A DNA stretch of 64,000 nucleotides, taken from NCBI GenBank assembly GCA_036867785.1, contig CP145424.1, positions 372,001 through 436,000 of the forward strand, written 5' to 3'. Below are positions 10,901 to 24,700 of the stretch, piece by piece. A program made the translations under genes and the position numbers. A model generated the notes under the pieces. That model was not told the DNA's origin and did no database searches. It saw only the letters and a list, made by a program, of their open reading frames with translations. How positions within the stretch are numbered: the first letter of the stretch is position 1; each line of letters begins with the position of its first letter. Origin of the DNA: Plasmodiophora brassicae. Taxonomy: Eukaryota.

Positions 10901-12953
10901 TCTGCACGAGCGATGGACGCAACACGCGAGAAGATTGCTTGTTCCTGAAGCGCCGCCGTCACATGCGATCCTGTTGGCCCTACGTGAAGCGAAATTTGAC
11001 CGCGCGCATGCTGATCAAATCTTCTGCTTTCTGTGGGCAATGTTCGAGAAGCGCCGCTTTTCGGCCGCCGATCTGAAGACAATCTCGTCACTGCCCATCA
11101 TTCCCGTTGAGAACACGCAGGAACTCCAATTGGCTCACAAGGTGTACTTGGCGCCGACGGACAATGATGACCAGACGTTCGGGCGTTTCTCGTCCCTGTT
11201 CACCTACGTCCGCTTCTCGCCGATGGCGTCCGCCTTCCTCCGGGAGATCGGTGTTCGCGATTCGCCAACGGCGAACCAGCTGGCGTTGAAGATTGCCGCA
11301 AACGCTACCGCTGGTGGTCGACAGTTGGAAACCTTGGGCCCCGATCAGTACCTTCAGCTGCTACGGTTCTTGGCCGTGCAATGGGATCAGCTTCACGGCG
11401 ACGTCAGGGCGCGGATGGCATCGACGCCATGCCTGCTTGGCATTTCGCCGTCCGGTGCGTCCGATGGTCGGACAACGTACGTCGTCGCCAACGCCGGTAA
11501 CATCGTCCTGATCGACAACACCATGCTGGCCGAATCGTTCGAAACGCTGAGTGCCCCTCGGGACGACCTTCTGGAATCGCTCTACGAAAACCTTGGCTCG
11601 CAGTGGCTCTCCCACGTAGGTTCCGGGCTCAATTGAAACCATCCTCGTCAGCTCACACGTTTGGCAGGCCGTGGCCGAACAATGCGAACCAGGGTCGATC
11701 ATCGCAAACGCTGCTGACATGGCCGATGAGTTATTGCAACGGATCAAGGAGCGCCTTCCCGTGATCCTGTACCGCAAGAAGGACCTCGAGTTGCGGCCCC
11801 TGGCCGTACGTCTCGGCGACGAGCTCGAAGTCGTCATCGTTGCGACTATCCAGCGGCGCCTGACGTTCCGCTCTCTGGTCAAAGCCCTGCCGACGACCGC
11901 CTGCTTCGCGTCGTCGAAATTCTCCCTGTTCGTCACGCCCAAGTTCGACTTCTTCGACATCGGCACGGCGCTGTCCGGCTTCATATTCCAGAAGAGCACC
12001 ATGGCCGACTCGCTGCTCTGCGCCACCATTCTCGAGGCGTCTCTGCAATCGCTGCGAGCGAAAGGGTTCCCCGTCGATCGTCTGATTGCCAAACGCCCGG
12101 ACATGCCTGGACGCCGACAAGCTCCCGCTCCCACGGCCGGGCAGGAATCCGAACGATCCATGACCTCTCAGGCACCGAACGAAACACAGCCGTCCGACGA
12201 TGTGACGCGTTCGCAGGACGCAGGACGTCGTCAGATGAACCCGTTCCGGAAGCTCAAAAAGCTTCTCAAGGCGTCTGAACAGGTCCCGAGCGAGGCTGTG
12301 CCGGCGCCGCCGCCGACGACGCAGATCAACCGGAAGTTCATGTCGTTCCAGGACGAGGTCGACCGGTTCCTCGGCGGCCTTCGTCGGAACACGCCTCTGG
12401 ACGCGTCCATTGCCGAGTCGATTCCGTTCCGGGAGGGGTGCCCTGAGCCCTCCCAGCCGATCAACCTGGTGCTGGCACCCGGCGTCACGTTCTCGAACCT
12501 GCCCGTGTACTGCCATCCGGACCAGAGCGGGCATCTCCTCCGCCCCGATGTCCAGGACTGTGCCGGCGACCTCGCCCAGATCGTGATCGCGCTCGCCGCC
12601 GGCGTGTTCGACCTCGAGCGCCTGACCATGACCCTGTTCTGGGATTCCTCGTCCCGGCTGATCGCGTTCAATCGCAACGGCGCAATCAGTTTCAACATTG
12701 TCCAGCATTTCTCGTTGTCCCCGTACGACGGTGATCGCCGGACGCCGTTCGTATACGTAAGCAGGGGCGCGTTGTTCACGTTCTCGTCGTTCCCGTTCCT
12801 GACCTTCGTGTCTGTCAGTGGCTGGGCGTCATGGTGCACGAGCTGGCGCATAACGCTGTCGGGCCGCACAACAAGGAGTTCGCCGACGCCTGCAATACTC
12901 TCTGGCAGCATTTCTTTCGCCGCGCGACGACGTTCATCGACGCGATACGATAA
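7985..12953 (+). CDS. Large sacsin-like GHKL (HATPase) protein with C-terminal HExxH motif
   Basis: VNQRHLIDKILARYS...FREMAQNADDA, NDGAPFSDQDW, GFFGVGFYSVFS; last exon WLGVMVHELAHNAVGPHNKEF; introns near 8438-8492, 11617-11668, 12756-12818. Confidence 0.8.
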
Positions 12954-12999
12954 AGCGGGCTATTGTATCGTTGGGACCCGTGTTGGTAGGCGCCTGCAA

Positions 13000-13612
13000 T
13001 CAGGTTGACGCCGTGACCTTGTCCAACGCGACCTGGACGCTCTGCTCCGGCCTGACGCCGACCTGGACGTCCTCGATGACGCCGCCCTGGCCGATCACGA
13101 CATGCGACCGCGTGATGCTGGCCGGGGGCTTGTGCGCGCCGAGCGCCTTGATCAGCGCGCGCTCCTTGTCCGTCAGCAGCGTGTACCCGAGGTTGTGCTT
13201 CGCCTTCCATCTCGCCTGCGTCGTCGGCGAATCCGCCGACCTGGGTGGACGGGTCAGACCGACGACGCCACGACAGGACGACCCGTTTGCTTTACAATCC
13301 GAACACAGTGTAGCCGGCCCGCGCCCAATCGTCGGCGTGATCGCGGAACCCGCACGCCTGGCGCGTACAGCCGGGCGTGTTCGCCCGCGGGTACAAGAAG
13401 ATCACGATCGGCCCGTCCGACGTCAGCGACGTCGTCGACACGACGTCGCCCGCGTCGGTCACCAGATCGATCGCCGGCACCCGATCGCCTATCGACAGCG
13501 CCGCTCCCGTCGGGCGCCTGCCGCCACGTTCCGCCTGGCGCTTCGCGATGGTCTTCGCGGGCGCCGCAGCGCCATCGCCGTTGGCGGGCGCCGCCGCGTT
13601 CCGTTTCGTCAT
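13000..13612 (-). CDS. Peroxiredoxin Q / BCP-type thiol peroxidase
   Basis: FLYPRANTPGCTRQACGFRD (CxxxxC active site), exon 2 SADSPTTQARWKAKHNLGYTLLTD; one intron. Confidence 0.9.
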
Positions 13613-13659
13613 TGGCGAACCGCGCACCCACCCCGGCGATCGTGTATTGTGCCGCCCGC

Positions 13660-16600
13660 TCACTTCTGCTTGTCGCGGTGCGCCGTCACCATGAACACGT
13701 ACGCGACGACGCGGTAGGCGATGCCCAGCGCGACCATCACCAGCATGTCGTTCGCGAACGCGTCCAGGTCGTACCTGCGACGGTCAGGCGTCGGTGCGAA
13801 CGATGCGGACGGGATCGAGCGCACCCGTATTTTCTGGCCTCGCTGGCGAGGTTGTAGACGCCTTCGTAGGTGTTCAGCGTCAGCGCGACTGCAACAATGG
13901 CCGAGTCAGCGGACGGGGTGGGCGTGTTCGGCGCGCCACAGAGCGTCGTGCGTACACTGCGCTTCCGCCATCCAGCGGTTCGGGCCGAGGTCGAATGCCC
14001 ACTCGAAGCCGGCGTCCCGAGCGCGGTTGAGCGTGACCAGGAACCCGCAGTTGAACGCCATGACGGACGTGGTGACGACGGACACGAGGGCCATGTTCCC
14101 GCGGCTGGTGATCATCGAGATGCAGGCCGAGATTCCGCTAGCAGGCGTCGCTGTCAGAGGGCGGCGGCGCACCGGCGAACGTCGAACGCGGCACTGAACT
14201 AGACGCAGTAGACGTTGAGCAGGATCATGAGGTACTGGAGGCCGACGGCGAACGTGGGCCTGGCCAGCACGTAGTAGATCGCGGTGAAGTGTGCCGCCGA
14301 CAGCACGATCCGCCAGAGGACGCTGATCGACGTGCCCTGTCGGCCGGTGAGCGCATCGCCCTGGGCCGTACGGGTGGACGTCGCGTCGCCTACCACGTAG
14401 TAGGCGGACGGCGACTGCCCCGACGCCGTTTCCCTCCAGTACACAGGCAGGTCTTCGCCGAACACGTTGACGCCGGACGGGGCGGCGGATAACGCCACCG
14501 ACATGCCGGCCAGCATGCCGTCTGCCACGATCGAAAACGTTAGGGCGGTGGGTCGCGCGTGCGGTCCCCCTCCCTCGGTGCGTTATTACACATGGCGATC
14601 AGCCAGCCGTCGGGTTGCAGGGAGATCAGCGCGTACGGCTCCAACGTCAGGCCGTAGAACGATTCCACGTTGCCCGTCACCGCGTTGCCCATGAGGAACC
14701 CGGCCAGGAACGCGCAGAACAACTGTGGGGCGAAACGCAGGGTTGGGTCCCGACCCTGGGGAGGCGCTGCCGGCGCCAGCACCGACCTCGAGTTGCAGCG
14801 AGGTCAGCTCTCGAGACTGCTTCAGGAGGCTCCGGTTGTGGCAGTGGAACGCCTGCTGGAGCCACGTCGCGCCGCGCCTGGCGGCAACGCTGCGCATGGC
14901 CTTGTTGGTGGGCCCGCCACCTGACTCAGTGGTGGTGGTCGTCGACAGGTCCACGTGGACGGTCGAGCCCGACGACACCCACTGGCTGGCGAGGTCCACC
15001 GGGACCTCGCGATCGGGATCGGCTCTCTGCCCTCGGCCGGACACGATGTCCATGAGGACGTCGGCCGGGTTCGCCTCGCTGTCGAACCGGAACCCCAGGG
15101 ACGTGAAGTAATCCTTCGCCCTGGCGATCGGCCCGAAGTAGGCGGTGCGCCCGCCGGGCGCCAGCAGCAGGACGTCGTCGAAGCGCTCGAAGATCTCGAT
15201 CCGCGGTTGGTGGATGATCGAGACGACGGTGACGCCCAGCTTGGAGACGGCCTGCAGGATGTCGACCACGTCCAGGGAAGCGGTGGCATCCAGCCCGCTG
15301 GGGTGGGCCCGTCAGAACCTCGCCCAGCTGGTGCTACCCCCGAATGAGCACATCGCCTACCTTGTGGGCTCGTCGAGGAACAGTGCCAGGGGCGCTGCGT
15401 CGATCACACCGGTCAGCGTCCAGTGGGTGACGCGCCAAACGGGCTTCGTGTACCGGCAACGAGCTCCAGGGCGATGTTGACCCGCTTCCGCTGGCCGCCG
15501 CTGATCCCCCGCGTCACTTCATCGCCGATGCGGGTGTGGGCGACCGACGACAGGCTGCAGCCGACCCTTCGGTCAGACCCCCATGACGTCGTCGTCCAGA
15601 CCGAAACCCATACTTTAACGCGCGCAGCAGGTTGTCGACGTGGGCGGCAACCTTGGACGCCGGCCAGGAGCTCGGTAGGCGCATACGGGCGGAATGCAGG
15701 ACCGCCTCCCGAACCGTCAGCACGCGCAGCATCGTGTCGTCCTGGGGCGAACGTCGATCGGCAAGCGACCCCCTGCATCGCTGTCGTCGACGCGTCGTAC
15801 CTGGGGGACGAACCCGATCAGGTTGCGGTAGTTGTGGATCTCGTCGACCTCGTCGTTGATCCTGAGCGCCCCGCCCGTCCGCTGCACCTTCCCCATGAGC
15901 ACGTTCATGAACGTCGTCTCTACGTGGCGCGCTGCTCAGGGGCCGTCGCACGCGACGTCAGGGACGGGGCGGCATCGTACTTCCGGCGCCGGAGCCGCCC
16001 ATGATGGCGGTCATGTGGCCTGCGCGAATGCCACCGGTGACGCCGCCCAGGACGACCTTCCCGGTCGGCAGCGCCAGGGTCAGGTTGTCGAACGCAAAGT
16101 GCATTCGCAGGCGCTCGTCGCCGTTGAACCCGTCGCGGAACGCTTGCACGAGGACGCTGACCTCCTCGAACGTGCTGGTCGTCGCCCGGGCGGCGTCGGC
16201 CCCAGCGGCAATCGTCGCCGTCGCCGCTCTCACCTGTGTGGGCCGCGTCCCCGAGTACTTGTCAGCTGCTGCCGTTCGTGCATTTAACCGCCCGAACCTG
16301 CTCGAACGGGAGCATTCCGCATCCTTACGTGTCGTCTTGGGCCGACGGCGACGCCCGCGCCCCTGGAGGAACGTCGGCGTCGCGGCGTCGATCCAGCTGG
16401 CGCCGTCCCGGCGCCTCTCGTACACCGACTGGCAGTAGAAGACGATGCAGAGCAAGACGTCGGCCAGAAGCACGATGAGGAGCGTGCCGAAATGCGTCTC
16501 GGTGATGGTCCCTGTGGGGCACGACGACATGAACTGGCAGGGCGTGGGTTGCGTCGTCCCGGTGACGCAATAGTGGCCCTCGGGGCACGGGTGGATCGTT

Positions 16601-17300
16601 GACGGCGTGGGGCAGTAGAACCCTGGCAGGGACGTCGGTTACGTGTTCGGCACCGTCACCTGGGATCAGCGCACGCGACGACCCGACCTGCAGGGCAGAG
16701 CGCGGGCTCAAACCGGCCTTGAGGCTGTGGGGCCAGTGAGTCAGTTGCTGATGATGTGGTGCCAAGGTTCCGGGGGGCGGCGCCCTGACCAGGCAAGGGC
16801 TTCCGCCAGCTAATCGGTTCATGAAGCATTCGGGACTCGGCGGGCACAGCAGCATGACCTGGTCGACAACGTACGGGCAGAAGTACCCTGGGCGTCTGTC
16901 AGAGCACGGCAAGGAATCCCGGGTCCGCCGACCTGGATCGCATGGGCGATAGGATGGGACCAGCGGCACTCCCACCGACGCATTCGGCTGATAGTAACAG
17001 CCGAAGCCGACCCCTGGTGGAATCGGCGGGAGGTCGGCCAGCGCCGGCACTTGCCAGGGTTGCCCTAGTATGGGGCTGGGCGACTCGAACACGTTGCCCG
17101 CGTATCCGGTGCCTTTCCGCTTGCCTCCCATTGCGCCGACTGGCGCCTGCCAGGTACGATCACGCGGCCGTCGACCTGTTATTATACGATCCTCCTGTGA
17201 CCTGCACGCCGCTAGACGTCCATCACCATCGACCCAGGTGGTACGCTGTTGCTGTGGTACAAGGCACCCGGTACAGTGCCACTGGGTGTAGGTGGGCGTC
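13660..17300 (-). CDS. ABCG half transporter with Cys-rich extracellular N-terminus
   Basis: Walker A GGSGAG(KTT, split by an intron), ISGGQRKRVNIALEL, LFLDEPT, IIHQPR, NPADVLMD, C-terminal TMD; N-terminal CPxG(F/Y)xCP repeats; many introns; start codon uncertain. Confidence 0.85.
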
Positions 17301-17778
17301 AACAGCGAACGCCGCCACTTGGTTCGTACGTCGCCGCGTGAAGTCCGACGTTGGACCCGTACCGGGGCACAACGCACGTCCCCCTTCCCCCGTCAGCAAG
17401 GGCCGATAAACATACCATCGCGCAAACGTTGTCAGGTGTGCGGGCATGCAGTCGGGGCCGGGCCGGCACATGTCCGCAGTTGCCCCTTGACCGCGCCGCC
17501 ACCTGCACCAGGAGCGGCGGCGCCCTGCTGCAGCCCGGACACGCGGGGTTCCGATCCGGGCGCCCGCGGCGCTGGTCCTGCGCAGAAAACGCGCATGTTG
17601 CGAGACGGCGCGGGCTGCTGGGCGCCGTCAGTGGCGGCGCGGGGCACGAGGCGCGTAGCGCGCGGCGCCGCGATTTTTGGGACCCGCATTGGCAGTGTCG
17701 CGACGATGATCGGCACGTGGACGGGTGATGGGGCCGTGGCGCGAGCCGCGTGAACCGCGCGCACCGACGACGATTCCT

Positions 17779-20104
17779 ATGGGGGTCGACGTTGCCGATG
17801 ACGTCATTTCCGCCCCCGTTGTCAAGCGCGTCAATGCGGGGGCGGCCGGCGCGGCGCCGGCCGCCGATGGCGTCGCCGCGATAGGCGAGGCGGGGACAGC
17901 GTTTGGCGCGTTCGTCAGACGGGGCCAGGCGCCGGCGAGGTAGTCGCGCGTCCCGGTCCGATCGGTCCGCGTGTGTCGCTCAGTCGCATCGTGCAGACGG
18001 GGGTGGCGACGCACGACGCCGCTGCTTCGGGCGACGCGAGGCCTAGTGCCGCTGTACTCGAAGGTGTACCCGGCGTTCCGGTATAATCGGTCGACGAACC
18101 CGCGTCGCATGCTGACGAAGCCGCACGTCCCGGCCGGGAACAATGGGTTCGATAACGACGCGTCCGACCTGATCCTGTGCGTCAACGACGTCCTCCACTC
18201 CGAGAACGAATTGTACGGCGAAACCGTCGATGATGTCGCATGTGACGCGCCCCGCCTGACCGTCGTGATCCGTGCCAGCCCCGTCCGTCGATTCCGCGTC
18301 ATCGATCTCGTCGGTCAGGGGACGTTCGGTCAAGTGGTCAGGTGCGAGGACCTTACGACCCATGCGACGGTCGCCATCAAGGTCATCAAGAACCGCCCCG
18401 CCTACTATAATCAGGTAGACGCCGCTCGTTGACGCCGGCCCGGTCGCTGAGATCGTCTCCCAGGCGTTCATGGAGATCCGCATCCTGAAGCTGCTGAACG
18501 ATCAGTGCGATCCCAACGATGACCATCATATCGTGCGCCTGCTCGACAATTTTATGTTCAAGAACCACCTGTGCCTGGCGTTCGAAGTGCTGAGCATGAC
18601 GCTGTACGACGTCATCAAGCTACAGAACCATCGCGGCGTCGCCATCGCGATGATCCGCGTGTTCGTGTCGCAACTCCTTGAGACGCTGACGCTGCTTCGG
18701 CACCATCGCATCATTCACTGCGACCTGAAACCGGAGAACATCCTGCTCCGGCACGGCAATTCGTCCACCATCAAGGTGATCGACTTTGGCAGTGCGTGCT
18801 TCGAATTCCAGACGGTCTACTCGTACATCCAGTCGCGATTCTACCGCGCTCCTGAGATCCTGCTCGGGCTGCCCTATCAATCGGCGATCGATATCTGGTC
18901 CCTCGGATGCATCGCCGCCGAGCTCTTCCTCGGCCTGCCGTTGTTTCCTGGCAGCGACGAGCAGGACCAGGTCCGGAGGATCGTCGAAGTCTGTGGGGCG
19001 CCCCCTCCCGCCATGTTACGATCCGGGGCCCACTCCCCCCGGTATTTCGCTGACGACATGGAGTTGCACCCGGCGATCAAGAAGGCCACTGAGGGGGCGA
19101 CCCGCTACTTCCCGGGCGTGTCCCTGGAGGACATCGTCCGGTCGCACGAGCGTCCCCGGGAAGACGACGACGACGACACGACGCTCGACTGCTTCATCGA
19201 CTTCCTGTCCGGCATGCTTCGTATTGACCCGCACATGCGATGGACCCCGGCGCAAGCGGCCGGGCACCCTTTCGTCACCGGTGCGGCGTACTCTGGCCCT
19301 TACATTCCGTCGCGACCGGGCACCCACTCGTTCCCCATGCGGAGCGCACCGCAGCGAATCGTCACCCCACACGCGCAGTGGACCCATAACCGTGCCGAGG
19401 GTCATCAGCACCCGCCCATCTATTCGTACGCCGGCCATCGCGTCGGCGGCGGTTGTGTCGGCTCCGCGTCCGGCGTCGCCGATCGTCGCCACGTGACGGA
19501 TTTCCTGTTGGCGTCCTCGGTCTCCAAGACGCCGGCCTACATGCCCGGGCGCCCGCCGTTGCAACAGCAGTACCCGATGCAACCGCACCAGCAGTTCCCA
19601 CAGCTTTCGGCTGGGTTCGCGCAGATGGCACTCAGCGCCGGTGGAGGGATGGCTCGCAGGCACTCGTCGTCAGCGGTCCCGACGAACTATGTTCGCCTGT
19701 CAGCGGCGCCGGGCCGCGCTGGCATCCACCGACACAACAACGGCAACCCGACCAGCAACAGCCGCAGTCACAACAACAACAACAACGGCAACCCGACCAG
19801 CAACAATCGCAGTCGAGCGTCGTCCGTCGCGTCGACGACGGCGTCCTGGCAGCCGCCACAGCCGTCGCCGTCGTTCCACAGCCCGCTCATATCGCCGGGG
19901 GCGGCCAGCATGGCCGACTGGGACCCGTTCTTCAACGCCGACCTGTCGGGCGGGTCGACCCCTGTGGACGGGTCCGGGTGCTACATCAGCAATGGCAGCA
20001 AGACGATCGCGCCGCCCCCGACGAGGCAGCGACGATCGAGTATGCCCTCGCCTAATCCCGGGCCGCGAAAGCCCTCCGTCCCGTATAGCAACCCGTGGAT
20101 ATAG
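17779..20104 (+). CDS. YAK1: YAK1-type DYRK protein kinase
   Basis: NPRRMLTKP...NNGFDN..SDLILCVNDVL, GQGTFGQVV, HCDLKPEN, DFGSAC, YSYIQSRFYRAPE; introns near 17940-17996 and 18415-18463. Confidence 0.9.
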
Positions 20105-20282
20105 CCCTCGGGCGGTACACCTATTTATTGTCCCGATACGTGCTCTCTCGTGCCCCTACCGCCATCCATAGGTAATAAACCCATACAAGTGTAATACCAT
20201 TAGAGTTCGTCGACCGGCCTGGATGGAATATCGACACGGGTTTCGGGACACACCCCCCCCCCCCCCCCCCCAATGACGACGG

Positions 20283-20966
20283 TCACGTGCGGGATTCCAC
20301 TGCTTGCCGCTGGACCTGGGTGATCACGGTCGACAAGGTGCGCACGGCCACGACCTCAGCAGCATCTCTGCGCCTGGTATGACAGTCAGCACGGTCGTTG
20401 CCGAACGGTCGACGGACAGCAGCGGCGTGCCCGTCCGGCGGCGGCGATCGCTCCTGATTTCTCGGGCGTTTCGGCGGCAGCGGGCCATCGCCTCGGTCCA
20501 GCCAGGGCCGTCTCGGCAGCCCGGCCGGGCGTTCGAACGCAGGTTTCGGTGGTGGAGCGGGATCCGACTCGTCCCTGATCCCGAGCGCGTCCTTCATCTT
20601 CCGGTTCTTGGCTTCGACGAGAACGGCTTCGAGCTCGGGTTCCTTCTGGGCGATCGCCCTCGAGGACGGGCCACTGGATAGGCGCTGCCGCAATTCAGCA
20701 ACGGATCTGGCGATTTCGTCTTCGGACGCGCCCGCATCCTCCATTTTGACGCGAAGTGCCATGCACTGGACGGCGACGGCGCGCTCCTCGCGATGCTTGA
20801 CGAGGGACGGGTCGGCGCGCGCGTTAATCCTCGGCGGCGCCGCCGCGTCGTCGGGCGCCACGCGCATCGACGGCGTCGCCCTGCGCAGGGCGCTCACGTT
20901 CCGCTGCACATAGCCGTTCGTCCCCGAGCCGCGTGCCGTCGACAACCCCACGCCGTTGTACGACAT
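20283..20966 (-). CDS. CWC21: Pre-mRNA splicing factor CWC21 (SRRM2 N-terminal domain)
   Basis: MSYNGVGLSTARGSGTNGYVQRN and cwf21 domain (HREERAVAVQCMALRVKMED...ELRQRL); 3' end uncertain. Confidence 0.85.
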   Translation of the reverse strand: MSYNGVGLSTARGSGTNGYVQRNVSALRRATPSMRVAPDDAAAPPRINARADPSLVKHREERAVAVQCMALRVKMEDAGASEDEIARSVAELRQRLSSGPSSRAIAQKEPELEAVLVEAKNRKMKDALGIRDESDPAPPPKPAFERPAGLPRRPWLDRGDGPLPPKRPRNQERSPPPDGHAAAVRRPFGNDRADCHTRRRDAAEVVAVRTLSTVITQVQRQAVESRT

Positions 20967-21736
20967 GCCGGACGCTCTATCGACAACGACCGTACCACCT
21001 ACGCAGTCCGAAGCTCCACAGCCACAGCCACTGAAAGTCGGCACACACGATCGCGCTGTCTACGCCAATCAGACGGCCGGCCATATTGCTGTTGGACATG
21101 TTCCCGTGCCGGCCGGAGCTGCGATGCGTTGCCCCCATCGTGGGAGCAGCGCCCGCGTGGTCTGTTCCGGGAGGCTGTTCTGGGTCCCATAGTGAAGGGT
21201 CGGGCGACGACGCGGGTTTACGGCACGGAGTGCGACAACGACAGGTTAGCCTGGGCTTGTTACCAGTCCGCGCGTCTAATGCCGTGGCATGCGGATCAAA
21301 TGGCATGGCCCATCAGCAAATCCGGCTGTTCTTATTCTTGACACACGAAATCGTACCCCATGTGCTTGTCAACGTTCTGGGCAGTTACAATTCATATCCA
21401 TCCTCGACCCTAAATGAAACCGAAGTGCTTCCGTACGTCGGTGGGCGCTACCAGATGATGCCGACGTCGCTGCCGGAGACGCGCAGAGTGTCCGCGTTAA
21501 CGACTCCGCGTACGAGGTCCATCGGGACAAAGGCCCCCCGACAATCGTGTTCAGAGTATTGTACCTACCTACATACATAGCGTCGTCAAACGTTGCTCCG
21601 CGTGCTGGTTCGCATCAGGAGACGTCGGCGCCGGTTCGCTCGCCACCCGTGCCAGGACTAGCGCGCATGTGTACAGAACCACCAGGGCAATCACGACATA
21701 ATAATTAACTCGGTGTAGGATATGCTGCGATGGCCG

Positions 21737-24700
21737 TCATGGTAGGTCCACGACAGTATCGGTGCATCCTTCAAGGAGGGCTCGATCGGCGTTGGCTGCA
21801 CTGGCCGATTGCCGACTGACAGCCCGTTTCGTTCGTTCGAGGCCTTTGCTGGACGTCTGCCGGGGCGGTTTCCGAGGACTTCGGGCAGCTGCCATTGCCG
21901 AGCTGTTGGTTGGCGACACAGGTGGGGACATCCAGGGGATCAGGAACGTGATCGGCAGCGAGTAGTTGGTGATATGCCAGACCAGGTTCCAGAAGATGGT
22001 TGGCGAGCGTAGCCGGAACGTGCGCGACGATATGTACGCACCGGGGCTCGTCTCGCTGTGTGTATCGCGAAGCAGAGTGTCCAGCTCCTTGTGCAGGACG
22101 TTCGGGGACAGATATTCGCAGTACGTCGGATCTGACCCATCCGCGGCGCTGATGCAGAATCGTGGAACGAACCGGTTGTGACAGCTCTCGCAGGCAGTGG
22201 TATAGTCGTTACTGTCGATTCGCCAACCGCGCCTGATGGCCTCGTCGGAAACAACGACATGGCACTGAGGACAGGTCTCCCGCGTGTTGCACTGTAGACC
22301 TGAAGGTATAACCATATCAGCATGTGCGTGTGAGCACGTTCGAACGGGCCCAGCTTACCAGGGAATGCAGATTGAAACCGTTGGGCGCATTCTTTCTCCA
22401 CGATCTGTGGAAGCACTGGTGAAGGCGTCCGTTCGCGTCTCCACGAATTGGACAGCGATGCCAGCGTCGTCGATCCATCTGGATTTCCGGAAGACGCTTG
22501 TGGGGAATTGGATTTCTTGGTGCGGCCAAGCGACCCCAGCGTATGGTATGCATGCGACAGATCACCATTGGTACTGAATGCGGTGAAGAGCGCCGAGTAA
22601 ATCGTCGCGTCGGCAACAACCCCGTCCCTAGCAGGTAGCAGTAATCAGTAACCAGTGGTCGCACCCCCACTGGGTCGACGAATACCGTTGCATGTGGTCA
22701 AGGACGACCAGCGCCAGGTCAGGGTGTTTGCACTTGCCAAAGGCTACGATCAGGTCTCGATAGCAATTGATGTCGACAGGGATCACAGCGCTCCTCAACT
22801 GGTCCAGGACCGGGAACGCCAACTCCAGCAAACGCGACGACCCATTGCTCATGGCAGTGGCGGTCAGCAGCGAGAACCAGATCCCATATACACTGCGCAT
22901 ACAACTCGCTGGCGCGAGATTGGTTCCGCTTGGCCGACGATCCCACAACTGTCCGACGAACATACACACACATACCCACAATCAGAGAGCGACATGATTA
23001 GGTTGTTGCGATCCCATACCGTTCGTTTGGCCATTCGCAATGCGAAGGTTCGACGACGCGCCGAGTCGGATTTCAGCAGAGATTTCGTTATGCGCGGCTC
23101 GTTGAACAGGGAAGGATCAAGCTTGCTAGGCCAGAATGGGTATCGGTACGGAACGTCACCGGCAGGAAGCTGTGTTTGATCTGGGCACGGCGCCACAAAT
23201 GTGGTCGTCTCGGAAAGGTTCTGATCCAGAAACGGGGTCGGGCGCTTCTTCGCGAACTTCGACCGGTTGTGCTTCTCGACGATGGATTCGTCGAAGAACA
23301 GAATGTCGGCGTCGGTCTGCTCACAACTCCACATCGCTCCCAGCGACTCGGTTGGCGACGCGTTCGGGGACGATATGGCCGATCCGCTGTCGCAACCCGG
23401 CACAACGCGCTCCTCAATGAACCGGCTAAACGCTTGTGTGGTCAGGAAGTCATGCAGGAACCGATGGGCGGTATTCGGGAAACTGGCAATGAACCTGCAG
23501 TGTGGTTAAGCGTTGGGCGATTCGATCGGCAAGAGTGGGTCGCACTCACTCATCGGATTTGAACAATGACGCGGGGAACGGCTCAGCCTCTGAAGGATAC
23601 ACGATGAAATCCCGGTACGATTTGAATATGGATACATGGACACGAAAGAACGCGGTCCGGATAGCCTTCGAATCCATTCCGAATCGCAACGTCCGGCTCG
23701 TTTCGACTTGGTCTGGTGGTGGCGCGTTCGTGAAAGCAAGGTCGGACTGTGTCCAGGACACAGCCTGCTGCTCACAAACGGATGCACAGGAGCCAGTTGG
23801 GCTAGGACCCGACGACGCGGGCTGCCGCCGCTCCCAAAGTGTGGTCTGGTAGTCAGCCAAACTCTTCAGAGCCGCCAGCAGCTTGACACGCTCGTGATCT
23901 GAGCCATGGCATGAGCGCCACAGCATGCGGCGGGTACGCTCGAGCTTACCTGGAAAATGAGGGGGTTTCCCTGGGACGACAATCGACTGGGTATCGAGGT
24001 TGACCTACCCACCATGGTTAGAAGGTTCCCAGTGACATCCATGTGACGTAGCATACAATAACAACAGAATCAGGAAGGTCGGCGTACGACCGGACAAAGG
24101 ACAGGTGCGTGCCAATTAGATACGGCATAGGGGCATTGAGAAAGTCAAGAAGCGCCTGAAGGTGACATCAGAACCGCGGAGGCATCGCCCTGTCTCGACT
24201 ACGCACCTCAGGCAAGAGCGGGATATAGACATGCTGCCACCGGAACGGATACATGAGCAGTAAGAACGTTTCGACGACAGGCGTTAGCAAGGAATACTGA
24301 GAGCTTAACAAAACGACCTTCCGCTCCAACAGTAAGCACTCTAGCACAGTGACAACCTATGGCACAGGTCAAAACCAATTTCAGATATGCAGGGCATGAT
24401 GGGCACCTTGTCCACTGGCAGTAGCTCAAAGAGCTCAAGAATGTCGAACCCATCAACACAGTCGCGAAGCGGATCATTGGGCGGCGAGCGTGACAGACTA
24501 CACGAGAAGGTCAGCAGAGACGCACGCAACGCGATGTCGACAGACGTACCAAATCGTTTTGTCAGCAACGCTGAACTGGACCTTGACATTGCCTCGAGGT
24601 GGGACCGGGATTTCGCGCATAAAGTTGGACAGATATCGCTCAATCGGGATGCTCGTAGGAGTGAGCGTTATGCGGTACAGTTGCGTCAGGTAGGTCCTCA

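Noticed and set aside
19732-19815. Tandem repeat with AAC run in YAK1
   Set aside because: Ordinary low-complexity Asn-rich coding repeat
20253-20271. 19-nt poly-C tract
   Set aside because: Simple homopolymer between convergent 3' ends with no further structure
21086-21700. Possible small multi-exon gene between CWC21 and the DENN gene
   Set aside because: Splice-like signals present but no recognisable product
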